From Veleropilina oligotropha (Eukaryota), in the NCBI GenBank assembly GCA_048128005.1, contig JBEUKZ010000117.1, forward strand, positions 62,001-126,000: DNA of 64,000 nucleotides, read 5' to 3'. Shown one piece after another: positions 1 through 11,672 of this stretch. Each line of letters starts with the position of its first letter. Position 1 is the stretch's first letter. A program made the translations under genes and the position numbers. Below the pieces are notes generated by a model that saw only the letters and a list, made by a program, of their open reading frames with translations, did not search any database and was not told where the DNA came from.

Positions 1-1
1 A

Positions 2-490
2 TGCGTTATTTGTAATCGGACCTTTTCTCTACAAAGTAATCTTAGTAGGCACATGCGAACCCATACTGGGGAAAAACCCTATCAATGCGTTATTTGTAAT
101 AATAGATTTTCTAGATGTGGTGTTCTTAAGATACACATGAGAGTCCATACTGTTGAGAAGCCGTATCAATGCGTCGTGTGCAATCAGACATTTTCACAAG
201 GAGGTACTCTTCAAAGCCACATGAAAACCCATACGAAAGAGAAAGACTATCAATGCATTGTGTGTGATAAGACGTTTTCTCAACTATGTAGTCTCAAGAA
301 GCACATGGTAATCCATACTGGGGAGAAAGCTTATCAATGTGTTGTGTGTGATAAGACATTTTCGGAAGCAAGTTCTCTTAGGAGACACTTGCGGACCCAT
401 ACTGGAGAGAAACCTTACCAGTGCGTTGACTGCAACAAGACATTTTCTCAAATATGTAACCTCAAGACGCACATGAACACCCATACATGA
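2..490 (+). CDS. C2H2 zinc-finger protein, 3' part (gene begins upstream of window)
   Basis: Open frame from position 2 with tandem CxxC-x12-HxxxH fingers and HTGEKPY linkers, stop TGA at 488-490. Confidence 0.85.
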   Translation, partial: CVICNRTFSLQSNLSRHMRTHTGEKPYQCVICNNRFSRCGVLKIHMRVHTVEKPYQCVVCNQTFSQGGTLQSHMKTHTKEKDYQCIVCDKTFSQLCSLKKHMVIHTGEKAYQCVVCDKTFSEASSLRRHLRTHTGEKPYQCVDCNKTFSQICNLKTHMNTHT

Positions 491-965
491 TTATTCGAAT
501 GTATAGAAAAGCGATTAAATTGGTTGCAGGAAATACTACATGTGTCCATGGGACATGAATGCCCCCACTGTCAGCCTTGACCATAGGTGATTTACTTGCA
601 TGCAAATACTTGTTTTCGGGATGGGACGAATGGACAGGGGTAAATCTAAATACCCCCTAATAAATTGGTGTAGGCATAAAAAATTGCGCATTTTTTATGG
701 AAATATTCAACCTGCACGTTTTGGAAAAAATTGAAATTTCCATATTTATGAACATTAAAGTCAGCAAGATATTTATACAGAGTTAATATCTGCAATGTCT
801 AAACGAGCACATTATAAACCATACGGGAGAAACCATCACAATTATTTTTGCACATGAAGAGATTTTTAATATCCCATGATCTTAATCAATACTTGCGAAT
901 CCCTACCCGCATCAGTTGCGCCGAATCACGCTCGTTTTTGCTATTGACTACTCGTAATCGGCAAA

Positions 966-3900
966 CCCACCTGTATTGGTGAGACCATGTATGACAGATG
1001 TCATCCCACCTGTATTGGTGAGGCCGCATATGACAGATGTAATCCCTTCTGTATTGGTGAGACCATATATGGCTGAGATGTAATCCCACCTGTATTGGTG
1101 AGACCGCGTATGACTGAGATGTAATCTCACCTGTATTGGTGAGGCCGCGTAGGACAGATGTAATCCCACCTGTATTGGTGAGGCCGCGTAGGACAGATGT
1201 AATCCCACCTGTATTGGTGAGACCGTATGTGGCTCGGATGTAATCCCACCTGTATTGGTAAGACCGTGTATGACTGAGATGTAATCCCACCTGTATTGGT
1301 GAGGCCGCGTATGACTGAGTTGTAATCCCACCCGTATTGGTGAGACCGCATATGCCAGATGTATTCCCACCTGTATTGGTGAGACCGTATATGGCTCGGA
1401 TGTAATCCCACCTGTATTGGTAAGACCGCGTATGACTGAGATGTAATCCCACCTGTATTGGTGGGACCGCGTAGGACAGATGTAATCCCACCTGTATTGG
1501 TAAGACCGTATATGGCTCGGATGTAATCTCACCTGTATTGGTGAGACCGCGTATGACTGAGATGTAATCCCACCTGTATTGGTGAGGCCGCGTATGACTG
1601 AGTTGTAATCCCACCTGTATTGGTGAGACCGCGTATGACTGAGTTGTAATCACACCTGTATTGGTAAGACCGCGTATGACTGAGTTGTAATCACACCTGT
1701 ATTGGTAAGACAGCGTATGACTGAGTTGTAATCACACCTGAATTGGTGAGACCGCGTATGACAGATGTAATCACACCTGTATTGGTAAGACCGCATATGA
1801 CCGAGTTGTAATCACACCTGTATTGGTAAGACCGCGTATGACTGAGTTGTAATCCCACCTGTATTGGTGAGACCACGTATGACAGATGTAATCACACCTG
1901 TATTGGTGAGACCGCGTATGACAGATATAATCACACCTGTATTGGTAAGACCGCGTATGACTGAGATGCAATCCCACCTGTATTGGTAAGACCGCGTATG
2001 ACTGAGTTGTAATCCCACATGTATTGGTAAGACCGCGTATGACTGAGTTGCAATCCCACCTCTATTGGTGAGGCACACGTATGACAGATGTAATCCCACC
2101 TGTATTGGTGAGACCGCGTATGACTGAGATGTAATCCCACCTGTATTGGTAAGACCGTATATGGCTCGGACGTAATCACACCTGTATTGGTGAGACCGTG
2201 TATGACAGATGTAATCCCACCTGTATTGGTGAGACCGTATATGGCTCGGATGTAATCACACCTGTATTGGTGAGACCGTGTATGACTGAGATGTAATCCC
2301 ACCTGTAATGGTAAGACCGTATATGGCTCGGATATAATCACACCTGTATTGGTGAGACCGCGTAGGACAGATGTAATCCCACCTGTATTGGTGAGGCACA
2401 CGTATGACTGAGATGTAATCCCACCTGTATTGGTGAGACCGTATATGGCTCGGATGTGATCACACCTGTATTGGTGAGACCGTGTATGACTGAGATGTAT
2501 TCCCACCTGTATTGGTGAGGCACACGTATGACTGAGATGTCATCCCACCTGTATTGGTGAGACCGCATATGACTGAGATGTAATCCCACCTGTATTGGTG
2601 AGACCGCGTAGGACTGAGATGTAATCCCACCTGTATTGGTGAGACCGTATGTGGCTCGGATGTAATCCCACCTGTATTGGTAAGACCGTGTATGACTGAG
2701 ATGTAATCCCACCTGTATTGGTGAGGCCGCGTATGACTGAGTTGTAATCCCACCCGTATTGGTGAGACCGCATATGCCAGATGTATTCCCACCTGTATTG
2801 GTGAGACCGTATATGGCTCGGATGTAATCCCACCTGTATTGGTAAGACCGCGTATGACTGAGATGTAATCCCACCTGTATTGGTGGGACCGCGTAGGACA
2901 GATGTAATCCCACCTGTATTGGTAAGACCGTATATGGCTCGGATGTAATCTCACCTGTATTGGTGAGACCGCGTATGACTGAGATGTAATCCCACCTGTA
3001 TTGGTGAGGCCGCGTATGACTGAGTTGTAATCCCACCTGTATTGGTGAGACCGCGTATGACTGAGTTGTAATCACACCTGTATTGGTAAGACCGCGTATG
3101 ACTGAGTTGTAATCACACCTGTATTGGTAAGACAGCGTATGACTGAGATGTAATCACACCTGAATTGGTGAGACCGCGTATGACAGATGTAATCACACCT
3201 GTATTGGTAAGACCGCATATGACCGAGTTGTAATCACACCTGTATTGGTAAGACCGCGTATGACTGAGTTGTAATCCCACCTGTATTGGTGAGACCACGT
3301 ATGACAGATGTAATCACACCTGTATTGGTGAGACCGCGTATGACAGATATAATCACACCTGTATTGGTAAGACCGCGTATGACTGAGATGCAATCCCACC
3401 TGTATTGGTAAGACCGCGTATGACTGAGTTGTAATCCCACATGTATTGGTAAGACCGCGTATGACTGAGTTGCAATCCCACCTCTATTGGTGAGGCACAC
3501 GTATGACAGATGTAATCCCACCTGTATTGGTGAGACCGCGTATGACTGAGATGTAATCCCACCTGTATTGGTAAGACCGTATATGGCTCGGACGTAATCA
3601 CACCTGTATTGGTGAGACCGTGTATGACAGATGTAATCCCACCTGTATTGGTGAGACCGTATATGGCTCGGATGTAATCACACCTGTATTGGTGAGACCG
3701 TGTATGACTGAGATGTAATCCCACCTGTAATGGTAAGACCGTATATGGCTCGGATATAATCACACCTGTATTGGTGAGACCGCGTAGGACAGATGTAATC
3801 CCACCTGTATTGGTGAGGCACACGTATGACTGAGATGTAATCCCACCTGTATTGGTGAGACCGTATATGGCTCGGATGTGATCACACCTGTATTGGTGAG

Positions 3901-6273
3901 ACCGTGTATGACTGAGATGTATTCCCACCTGTATTGGTGAGGCACACGTATGACTGAGATGTCATCCCACCTGTATTGGTGAGACCGCATATGACTGAGA
4001 TGTAATCCCACCTGTATTGGTGAGACCGCGTAGGACTGAGATGTAATCCCACCTGTATTGGTGAGACCGTATATGGCTCGGATGTAATCACACCTGTATT
4101 GGTGAGACCGTATATGGCTCGGATGTAATCTCACCTGTATTGGTGAAACCGTATAAGGCTCGGATGTAATCACACCTGTATTGGTGAGACCATGTATGAC
4201 TGAGATGTATTCCCACCTGTATTGGTGAGACCGTATATGGCTCGGATGTAATCACACCTGTATTGGTGAGACCGTGTATGACTGACATGTATTCCCACCT
4301 GTATTGGTGAGACCGTATATGGCTCGGATGTAATCACACCTGTATTGGTAAGACCGCGTATGACTGAGTTGTAATCCCACCGGTATTGGTAACACCGCGT
4401 ATGACTGAGTTGTAATCCCGCCTGTATTGGTGAGACCGTATATGGCTCGGATGTAATCTCACATGTATTGGTGAGACCGTATATGGCTCGGATGTGATCA
4501 CACCTGTATTGGTGAGACCGTGTATGACTGAGATGTATTCCCACCTGTATTGGTGAGGCACACGTATGACTGAGATGTAATCCCACCTGTATTGGTGAGA
4601 CCGTATATGGCTCGGATGTAATCACACCTGTATTGGTGAAACCGTATATGGCTCGGATGTAATCACACCTGTATTGGTGAGACCGTGTATGACTGAGATG
4701 TATTCCCACCTGTATTGGTGATACCGTATATGGCTCGGATGTAATCACACCTGTATTGGTGAGACCGTGTATGACTGACATGTATTCCCACCTGTATTGG
4801 TGAGACCGTATATGGCTCGGATGTAATCACACCTGTATTGGTAAGACCGCGTATGACTGAGTTGTAATCCCACCTGTATTGGTAAGACCACGTATGACTG
4901 AGATGTAATCCCACCTGTATTGGTGAGACTGCATATGACTGAAATGTAATCCCACCTGTATTGGTGAGACAAACGTATGACTGAGATGTAATCTCACCTG
5001 TATTGGTGAGACACGTATGACTGAGATGTAATCTCACCTGTATTGGTGAGACCACGTATAACTGAGATGTAATCCCACCTGTATTGGTGAGACGCACGTA
5101 TGACAGCTGTAATCCCCCCTGTATTGGTGAGACTGCATATGACTGAGTTGTAATTCCATCTGTATTGGTGTGACCGCGTATGACAGATGTACTCCCACCT
5201 GTATTGGTGAGGCCGCGTATGACTGAGTTGTAATCCCACCTGTATTGGTGAGACCGCGTATGACATATATATTATCACCTGTATTGGTAAGACCGCGTAT
5301 GACAGATGTAATCCCACCTGTATTGGTGAGACTGCATATGACTGAAATGTAATCCCACCTGTATTGGTAAGACCCACGTATGACTGAGATGTAATCTCAC
5401 CTGTATTGGTGAGACACGTATGACTGAGATGTAATCCCACCTGTATTTGTGAGACCGTATATGGCTCGGATGTAATCCCGCCTGTATTGGTAAGACTGCG
5501 TATGACAGATGTAATCTCACCTGTATTGGTAAGATCGCATATGTCAGATGTAATCCCACCTGTATTGGTGAGACCGTGTATGACAGATGTAATCCCTCCT
5601 GTATTGGTGAGACTGCATATGACAGATGTAATCCCACCTGGATTGGTGAGACCGCATATGACAGATGTACTCCCTCCTGTATTGGTGAGACCGCATATGA
5701 CAGATGTAATCCCACCTGGATTGGTGAGACCTCATATGACAGATGTAATCTCACCTGTTTTGGTGAGACCGCATATGACAGATGTAATCCCACCTGGATT
5801 GGTGAGACCGCATATGACAGATGTAATCTCACCTGTTTTGGTGAGACCGCATATGACATGTAATCCCACCTGTATTGGTGAGACCGCATATGACAGATGC
5901 TATCCCACCTGTTTTGGTGAGACTGCGTATGAATTTGATGTAATCTCACCTGTATTGTTGAGACCGTGTATGACAGATGTAATCCCACCTGTATTGGTGA
6001 TTTTGTGTATGATATGTAATCCCACCTGTATTGGTGATTTTTGCGTATGACATGTAATCCCTCCTGTATTGGTGACACCGCGTATGACATGTAATCCCAC
6101 CTGTATTGGTGAGACCGCGTATGACTGAGTTGTAATCCCACCTGTTTTGTTGAAACCGCGCATGGCATGTAATATCACCTGTATTGGTGAGACCGTTTAT
6201 GACTGATGTAATCCCACCTGTATTGGTGAGACCGTGTATGACTGATGTAATCCCACCTGTATTTGTGAGACCG
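966..6273. repeat. Minisatellite, 39-41 bp unit (core CACCTGTATTGGTGAGACCG), with a 1422-bp higher-order duplication
   Basis: Continuous tandem array; identical ORF-track peptides recur at offset 1422 (e.g. 1691/3113, 1931/3353). Confidence 0.95.
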
Positions 6274-7792
6274 CTCCAGTAGCCATGTGGTCTTCAGTGT
6301 CGTACAGGCCGCTCCAGTAGCCGTGTGGTCTTCAGTGTCATACATGCCACTCCGGTAGCCATGTGGTCTTCAGTGTCATGATACAGGCCGCTCCAGTAGC
6401 CGTGTGGTCTTCAGTGTCATACAAGCCGCTCCGGTAGCCATGTGGTCTTCAGTGTCATGATACAAGCCGCTCCAGTGGCCGTGTGGTCTTCAGTGTCATA
6501 CACGCCACTCCAGTAGCCATGTGGTCTTCAGTGTCATACATGCCGCTCCGGTAGCCATGTGGTCTTCAGTGTCATACATGCCGCTCCAGTAGCCGTGTGG
6601 TCTTCAGTGTCATACAAGCCGCTCCAGTAGCCGTGTGGTCTTCAGTGTCATACAGGCCGCTCCAGTAGCCGTGTGGTCTTCAGTGTCATACAGGCCGCTC
6701 CAGTAGCCGTGTGATCTTCAGTGTCATACAGGCCGCTCCAGTAGCCGTGTGGTCTTCAGTGTCATACAGGCCGCTCCGTGTGGTCTTCAGTGTCATACAG
6801 GCCGCTCCAGTAGCCATGTGGTCTTCAGTGTCATGATACAGGCCGCTCATGTAGCCGTGTGGTCTTCAGTGTCATACAGGCCGCTCCAGTAGCCATGTGG
6901 TCTTCAGTGTCATGATACAGGCCGCTCCAGTAGCCGTGTGGTCTTCAGTGTCATACAAGCCGCTCCAGTAGCCGTGTGGTCTTCAGTGTCATACATGCCG
7001 CTCCAGTAGCCATGTGGTCTTCAGTGTCATGATACAGGCCGCTCCAGTAGCCGTGTGGTCTTCAGTGTCATACAAGCCGCTCCAGTAGCCGTGTGGTCTT
7101 CAGTGTCATACATGCCGCTCCAGTAGCCGTGTGATCTTCAGTGTCATGCAGGCCGCTCCAGTAGCCGTGTGGTCTTCAGTGTCATACAGGCCGCTCCAGT
7201 AGCCGTGTGGTCTTCAGTGTCATACAGGCCGCTCCAGTAGCCATGTGGTCTTCAGTGTCATGATACAGGCCGCTCCAGTAGCCGTGTGGTCTTCAGTGTC
7301 ATACAAGCCGCTCCAGTAGCCGTGTGGTCTTCAGTGTCATACATGCCGCTCCAGTAGCCGTGTGGCCTTCAGTGTCATACAGGCCGCTCCAGTAGCCATG
7401 TGGTCTTCAGTGTCGTACAGGCCGCTCCAGTAGCTGTGTGGTCTTCAGTGTCATGATACAGGCCGCTCCAGCAGCCATGTGGTCTTCAGTGTCATACATG
7501 CCGATCCAGTAGCCGTGTGGTCTTCAGTGTCATACAGGCCGCTCCAGTAGCCATGTGGTCTTCAGTGTCGTACAGGCCGCTCCAGTAGCTGTGTGGTCTT
7601 CAGTGTCATACAGGCCGCTCCGGTAGCCGTGTGGTCTTCAGTGTCATACAGGCCGCTCCAGTAGCCATGTGGTCTTCAGTGTCATACAGGCCGCTCCGGT
7701 AGCCGTGTGGTCTTCAGTGTCATACACGCCACTCCGGTTGCCATGTGGTCTTCAGTGTCATGATTCAGGCCGCTCCAGTAGCCATGTGGTCT
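6271..7792. repeat. Minisatellite, 38-bp unit (CCGCTCCAGTAGCCGTGTGGTCTTCAGTGTCATACAGG; some 41-bp variants)
   Basis: Direct tandem array abutting the first satellite. Confidence 0.95.
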
Positions 7793-7960
7793 GAAATCAC
7801 AGGTTTGACTGTTCGAATCTGGTTTGAATAATGGCTGTACTTGTTCAGTTACCAATCACAGTTGTCCGGAGAGGGCGAGCATCATGGGGTATCCTGGATT
7901 TCACATTGCGTTGTCATGTCTGTCCTGCTTTGAGCCGATTTTTTTAATTATACAGGACAT
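7768..7960 (+). mobile_element. Degenerate tRNA-derived SINE whose head is the last satellite unit
   Basis: A-box-like TAGCCATGTGG, B-box GTTCGAATC at 7811, core TTGTTCAGTTACCAATCACAGTTGTCCG and tail TACAGGACAT resembling the SINEs at 33656, 36710 and 41145. Confidence 0.6.
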
Positions 7961-8550
7961 CGATCCAATCCTTCAGTACCATACCAGGACTTGTCCATAT
8001 TATCTCGGGAGTTAAACATGCCCGTACCGGCCAGTTATGGACAACTGGAGCTAATGACTTGCCAACGCGACCAACCAAAGATACCCACCCACTTCTGCGA
8101 ATCAGAACAGAAATAATTAATTGTGCATTAATGAAACGTTTATAAAAAGCAAAGAATGTATGGTCAAAGCATTTGCAAAGGGAAATGAATAACGTTGGGT
8201 CAATACCGCGTATGTCCGCCTTTTGCATCGACACAAATCATGCCCATGCAGTTTCTCTACATAATCCATCAGATGGTGATTAAAATGTCTTGCAGAATGC
8301 CATTCCGTAAATCAACACCAGAGTTAAACATGTCAACTTCACATGCTGATTAGTTGACGAGCCCATTTGAAGGTTCTATAATCTAAATTACATGCAGTTA
8401 TTGCTATATGAGAACAGTTTTACCTGTCCTGGCAACTTTAATGCTGACTGCGATAATCTGTTTCCAACACATTTTCAATATATGTAATTTGGGTTAATGA
8501 GAAAACTAACAATGCAGCTGTTATAGAGGTAAACTCGAGCGATTTGTCAA

Positions 8551-10182
8551 ATTATGGTTGCGACTTAGTGACCTAGCTTGACACCCAATCACTGGTGTAC
8601 CAGTCATACTTAGATTATGGTTGCGACTTAGTGACCTAGCTTGACACACAATCACTGGTGTACCAGTCATACTTAGATTATGGTTGCGACTTAGTGACCT
8701 AGCTTGACACCCAATCACTGGTGTACCAGTCATACTTAGATTATGGTTGCGACTTAGTGACCTAGCTTGACACACAATCACTGGTGTACCAGTCATACTT
8801 AGATTATGGTTGCGACTTAGTGACCTAGCTTGACACCCAATCACTGGTGTACCAGTCATACTTAGATTATGGTTGCGACTTAGTGACCTAGCTTGACACA
8901 CAATCACTGGTGTACCAGTCATACTTAGATTATGGTTGCGACTTAGTGACCTAGCTTGACACCCAATCACTGGTGTACCAGTCATACTTAGATTATGGTT
9001 GCGACTTAGTGACCTAGCTTGACACCCAATCACTGGTGTACCAGTCATACTTAGATTATGGTTGCGACTTAGTGACCTAGCTTGACACACAATCACTGGT
9101 GTACCAGTCATACTTAGATTATGGTTGCGACTTAGTGACCTAGCTTGACACCCAATCACTGGTGTACCAGTCATACTTAGATTATGGTTGCGACTTAGTG
9201 ACCTAGCTTGACACACAATCACTGGTGTACCAGTCATACTTAGATTATGGTTGCGACTTAGTGACCTAGCTTGACACCCAATCACTGGTGTACCAGTCAT
9301 ACTTAGATTATGGTTGCGACTTAGTGACCTAGCTTGACACACAATCACTGGTGTACCAGTCATACTTAGATTATGGTTGCGACTTAGTGACCTAGCTTGA
9401 CACCCAATCACTGGTGTACCAGTCATACTTAGATTATGGTTGCGACTTAGTGACCTAGCTTGACACCCAATCACTGGTGTACCAGTCATACTTAGATTAT
9501 GGTTGCGACTTAGTGGCATAGCTTGACACACAATCACTGGTGTACCAGTCATACTTAGATTATGGTTGCGACTTAGTGACCTAGCTTGACACCCAATCAC
9601 TGGTGTACCAGTCATACTTAGATTATGGTTGCGACTTAGTGACCTAGCTTGACGCACAATCACTGGTGTACCAGTCATACTTAGATTATGGTTGCGACTT
9701 AGTGACCTAGCTTGACACCCAATCACTGGTGTACCAGTCATACTTAGATTATGGTTGCGACTTATTGACCTAGCTTGACACCCAATCACTGGTGTACCAG
9801 TCATACTTAGATTATGGTTGCGACTTAGTGACCTAGCTTGACACCCAATCACTGGTGTACCAGTCATACTTAGATTATGGTTGCGACTTAGTGACCTAGC
9901 TTGACACCCAATCACTGGTGTACCAGTCATACTTAGATTATGGTTGCGATTTAGTGACCTAGCTTGACACCCAATCACTGGTGTACCAGTCGTACTTAGA
10001 TTATGGTTGCGACTTATTGACCTAGCTTGACACCCAATCACTGGTGTGCCAGTCATACTTAGATTATGGTTGCGACTTAGTGACCTAGCTTGACACCCAA
10101 TCACTGGTGTACCAGTCATACTTAGATTATGGTTGCGACTTAGTGACCTAGCTTGACACCCAATCAGTCATACTTAGATTAT
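8551..10182. repeat. Minisatellite, 63-bp unit, about 26 copies
   Basis: ATTATGGTTGCGACTTAGTGACC recurs every 63 bp; gives the 21-aa repeat of the 532-aa minus-strand ORF. Confidence 0.95.
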
Positions 10183-10683
10183 TTCTCCACTCTTAATCAA
10201 AATAAGAAATGGGGGTCCCTCATAAAAAATACCTGTCTAGTTTCGAGTTAATTGAAGTTTGGTACATGCCCCTCTTACCATTGCGATTCCAAAAGACAAC
10301 TGATTAATTATTTTGAAGTCGATCCTTGTAACTCTGATTATTGCCTAAACAAACATATAATATTATAGGGTATAATAAATGGGATCATGAAATTTCTACG
10401 TGTATTCGGGATTTTATATACAAATGTTTTACTATTAGAGAGCAATAGCTGTTATAACCAAATTTATAATTTGAATTCTTATAAATATTTCCAAATTACG
10501 ACGGTATCATGGAATTAATCATTAAACCCTCCATACAGCTATTTGTGTACATTCTGACATTTTCGTTATTCTTGTCTTCCTCTGGCAATATATTTCGGTA
10601 TATTGATCTTGTGCCAATAAAGTATAGTCTTTGTCATCCAATATGTGCTTGATCACTGAAAGATCGGGAGACAGAGCAGCATG

Positions 10684-10971
10684 AGCAGCAGGGGGGGTGA
10701 CCATACCTTTTATCTGGGGGCGCGGCGAGGGAAATTAAGGCTCCCAGCACTTTTTCAGAATTAATATGGATCTCAACTCAGCAGCAGGGGGGGTGAGTGT
10801 ACTTTTTAGAATGGGAAAATACAGCGCCCAGCACCATTTCAGAACTCAGGGTAGCTCGGACTAGTCAGCAGGGGAGTTTAGACTAGGGCCCCGGGGCGAC
10901 CGGGAAGGCTCCCAGCTATATTTCAGACCCCAGGGTATATCGTGTATTACAAAAAAGTTACCGTGTGTACA
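10684..10971 (+). repeat. Left terminal inverted repeat, copy 1
   Basis: Reverse complement of 26286-26573; exact for the first ~110 bp, then imperfect. Confidence 0.92.
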
Positions 10972-11022
10972 GCGACATAGAGCCCCCAGGGACGGCCCAC
11001 TACCCTCGCCGGCCCGGGCTCC

Positions 11023-11223
11023 TCAGTTATGTGAGCAGTAGCAGGGGGGGTGAGTTTGATTTCGTGCAACTCCCTTTCTACCGTCTTTGGTCTTCTTCTT
11101 ATATATCGCTTGTTCACCATTGTCGAGTACAACGATCAAAACGTTATAGCCCCGGTTTAAGAGGTTTTTAACGCGCCTGAAGCTCCGTTCGCTGTACAGC
11201 GTAATAATGTCTTCCTGTGGCAT
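11023..11223 (-). CDS. Small basic hypothetical protein (66 aa)
   Basis: ATG-initiated ORF also intact in copy 2 (50187-50387); region nearly identical so weak evidence of selection. Confidence 0.35.
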   Translation of the reverse strand: MPQEDIITLYSERSFRRVKNLLNRGYNVLIVVLDNGEQAIYKKKTKDGRKGVARNQTHPPCYCSHN

Positions 11224-11349
11224 GTTGCTTTCAAGTATAACTACACAACGTCTAACATGCCGGTTATTTCTCGCCGTGCACCGGGCTCGATATCTTAGTG
11301 TCATAATCTCTATTAGAGACTGGTATATGCGATGATAACCGCTATCAAT

Positions 11350-11625
11350 ATGTGGGGCACTGATACCTGTCAATGGCTCACCATCAGCTCCACGGAGCTA
11401 TGTGGTAAGAGATGTTTGAGGGAGTTTTGCAAAGTCCACCTGGCTCGGCAACGGCGAAATGGCCGGGGCACAAAGCCCTGCATCAAATGCGGGAAGGGCG
11501 TCTTTAACCGGTTTACGCTGTGTAAGGGCTGTGGGTATCTGACTGCGAACGTTAGGGATTGGCGACGAAAGAATCGAGCCTTCGAGAGAGAGTTTCTCCG
11601 TATGGCTGCAATTTACCACGCGTAA
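11350..11625 (+). CDS. Small Cys/His-rich putative zinc-binding protein (91 aa)
   Basis: C...C-x3-C-x4-C-x2-H plus CxxC...CxxC; conserved from the same ATG in copy 2; TATA-like TATTAGAG 39 bp upstream. Confidence 0.7.
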   Translation: MWGTDTCQWLTISSTELCGKRCLREFCKVHLARQRRNGRGTKPCIKCGKGVFNRFTLCKGCGYLTANVRDWRRKNRAFEREFLRMAAIYHA

Positions 11626-11672
11626 ATTTCATATTAGAGAACTGAAATCCTAGTGTATACCCCCCCAGCAAC

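Noticed and set aside
886..6178. Many ORFs with TNTGGIT/HQYRWDY repeats
   Set aside because: Translations of the satellite in all frames; unit lengths of 39-41 bp shift frame constantly
966..7792. CRISPR-like appearance (constant ~20-bp core with variable intervening sequence)
   Set aside because: Intervening segments are point variants of each other rather than unique spacers, no cas genes are present and the context is eukaryotic
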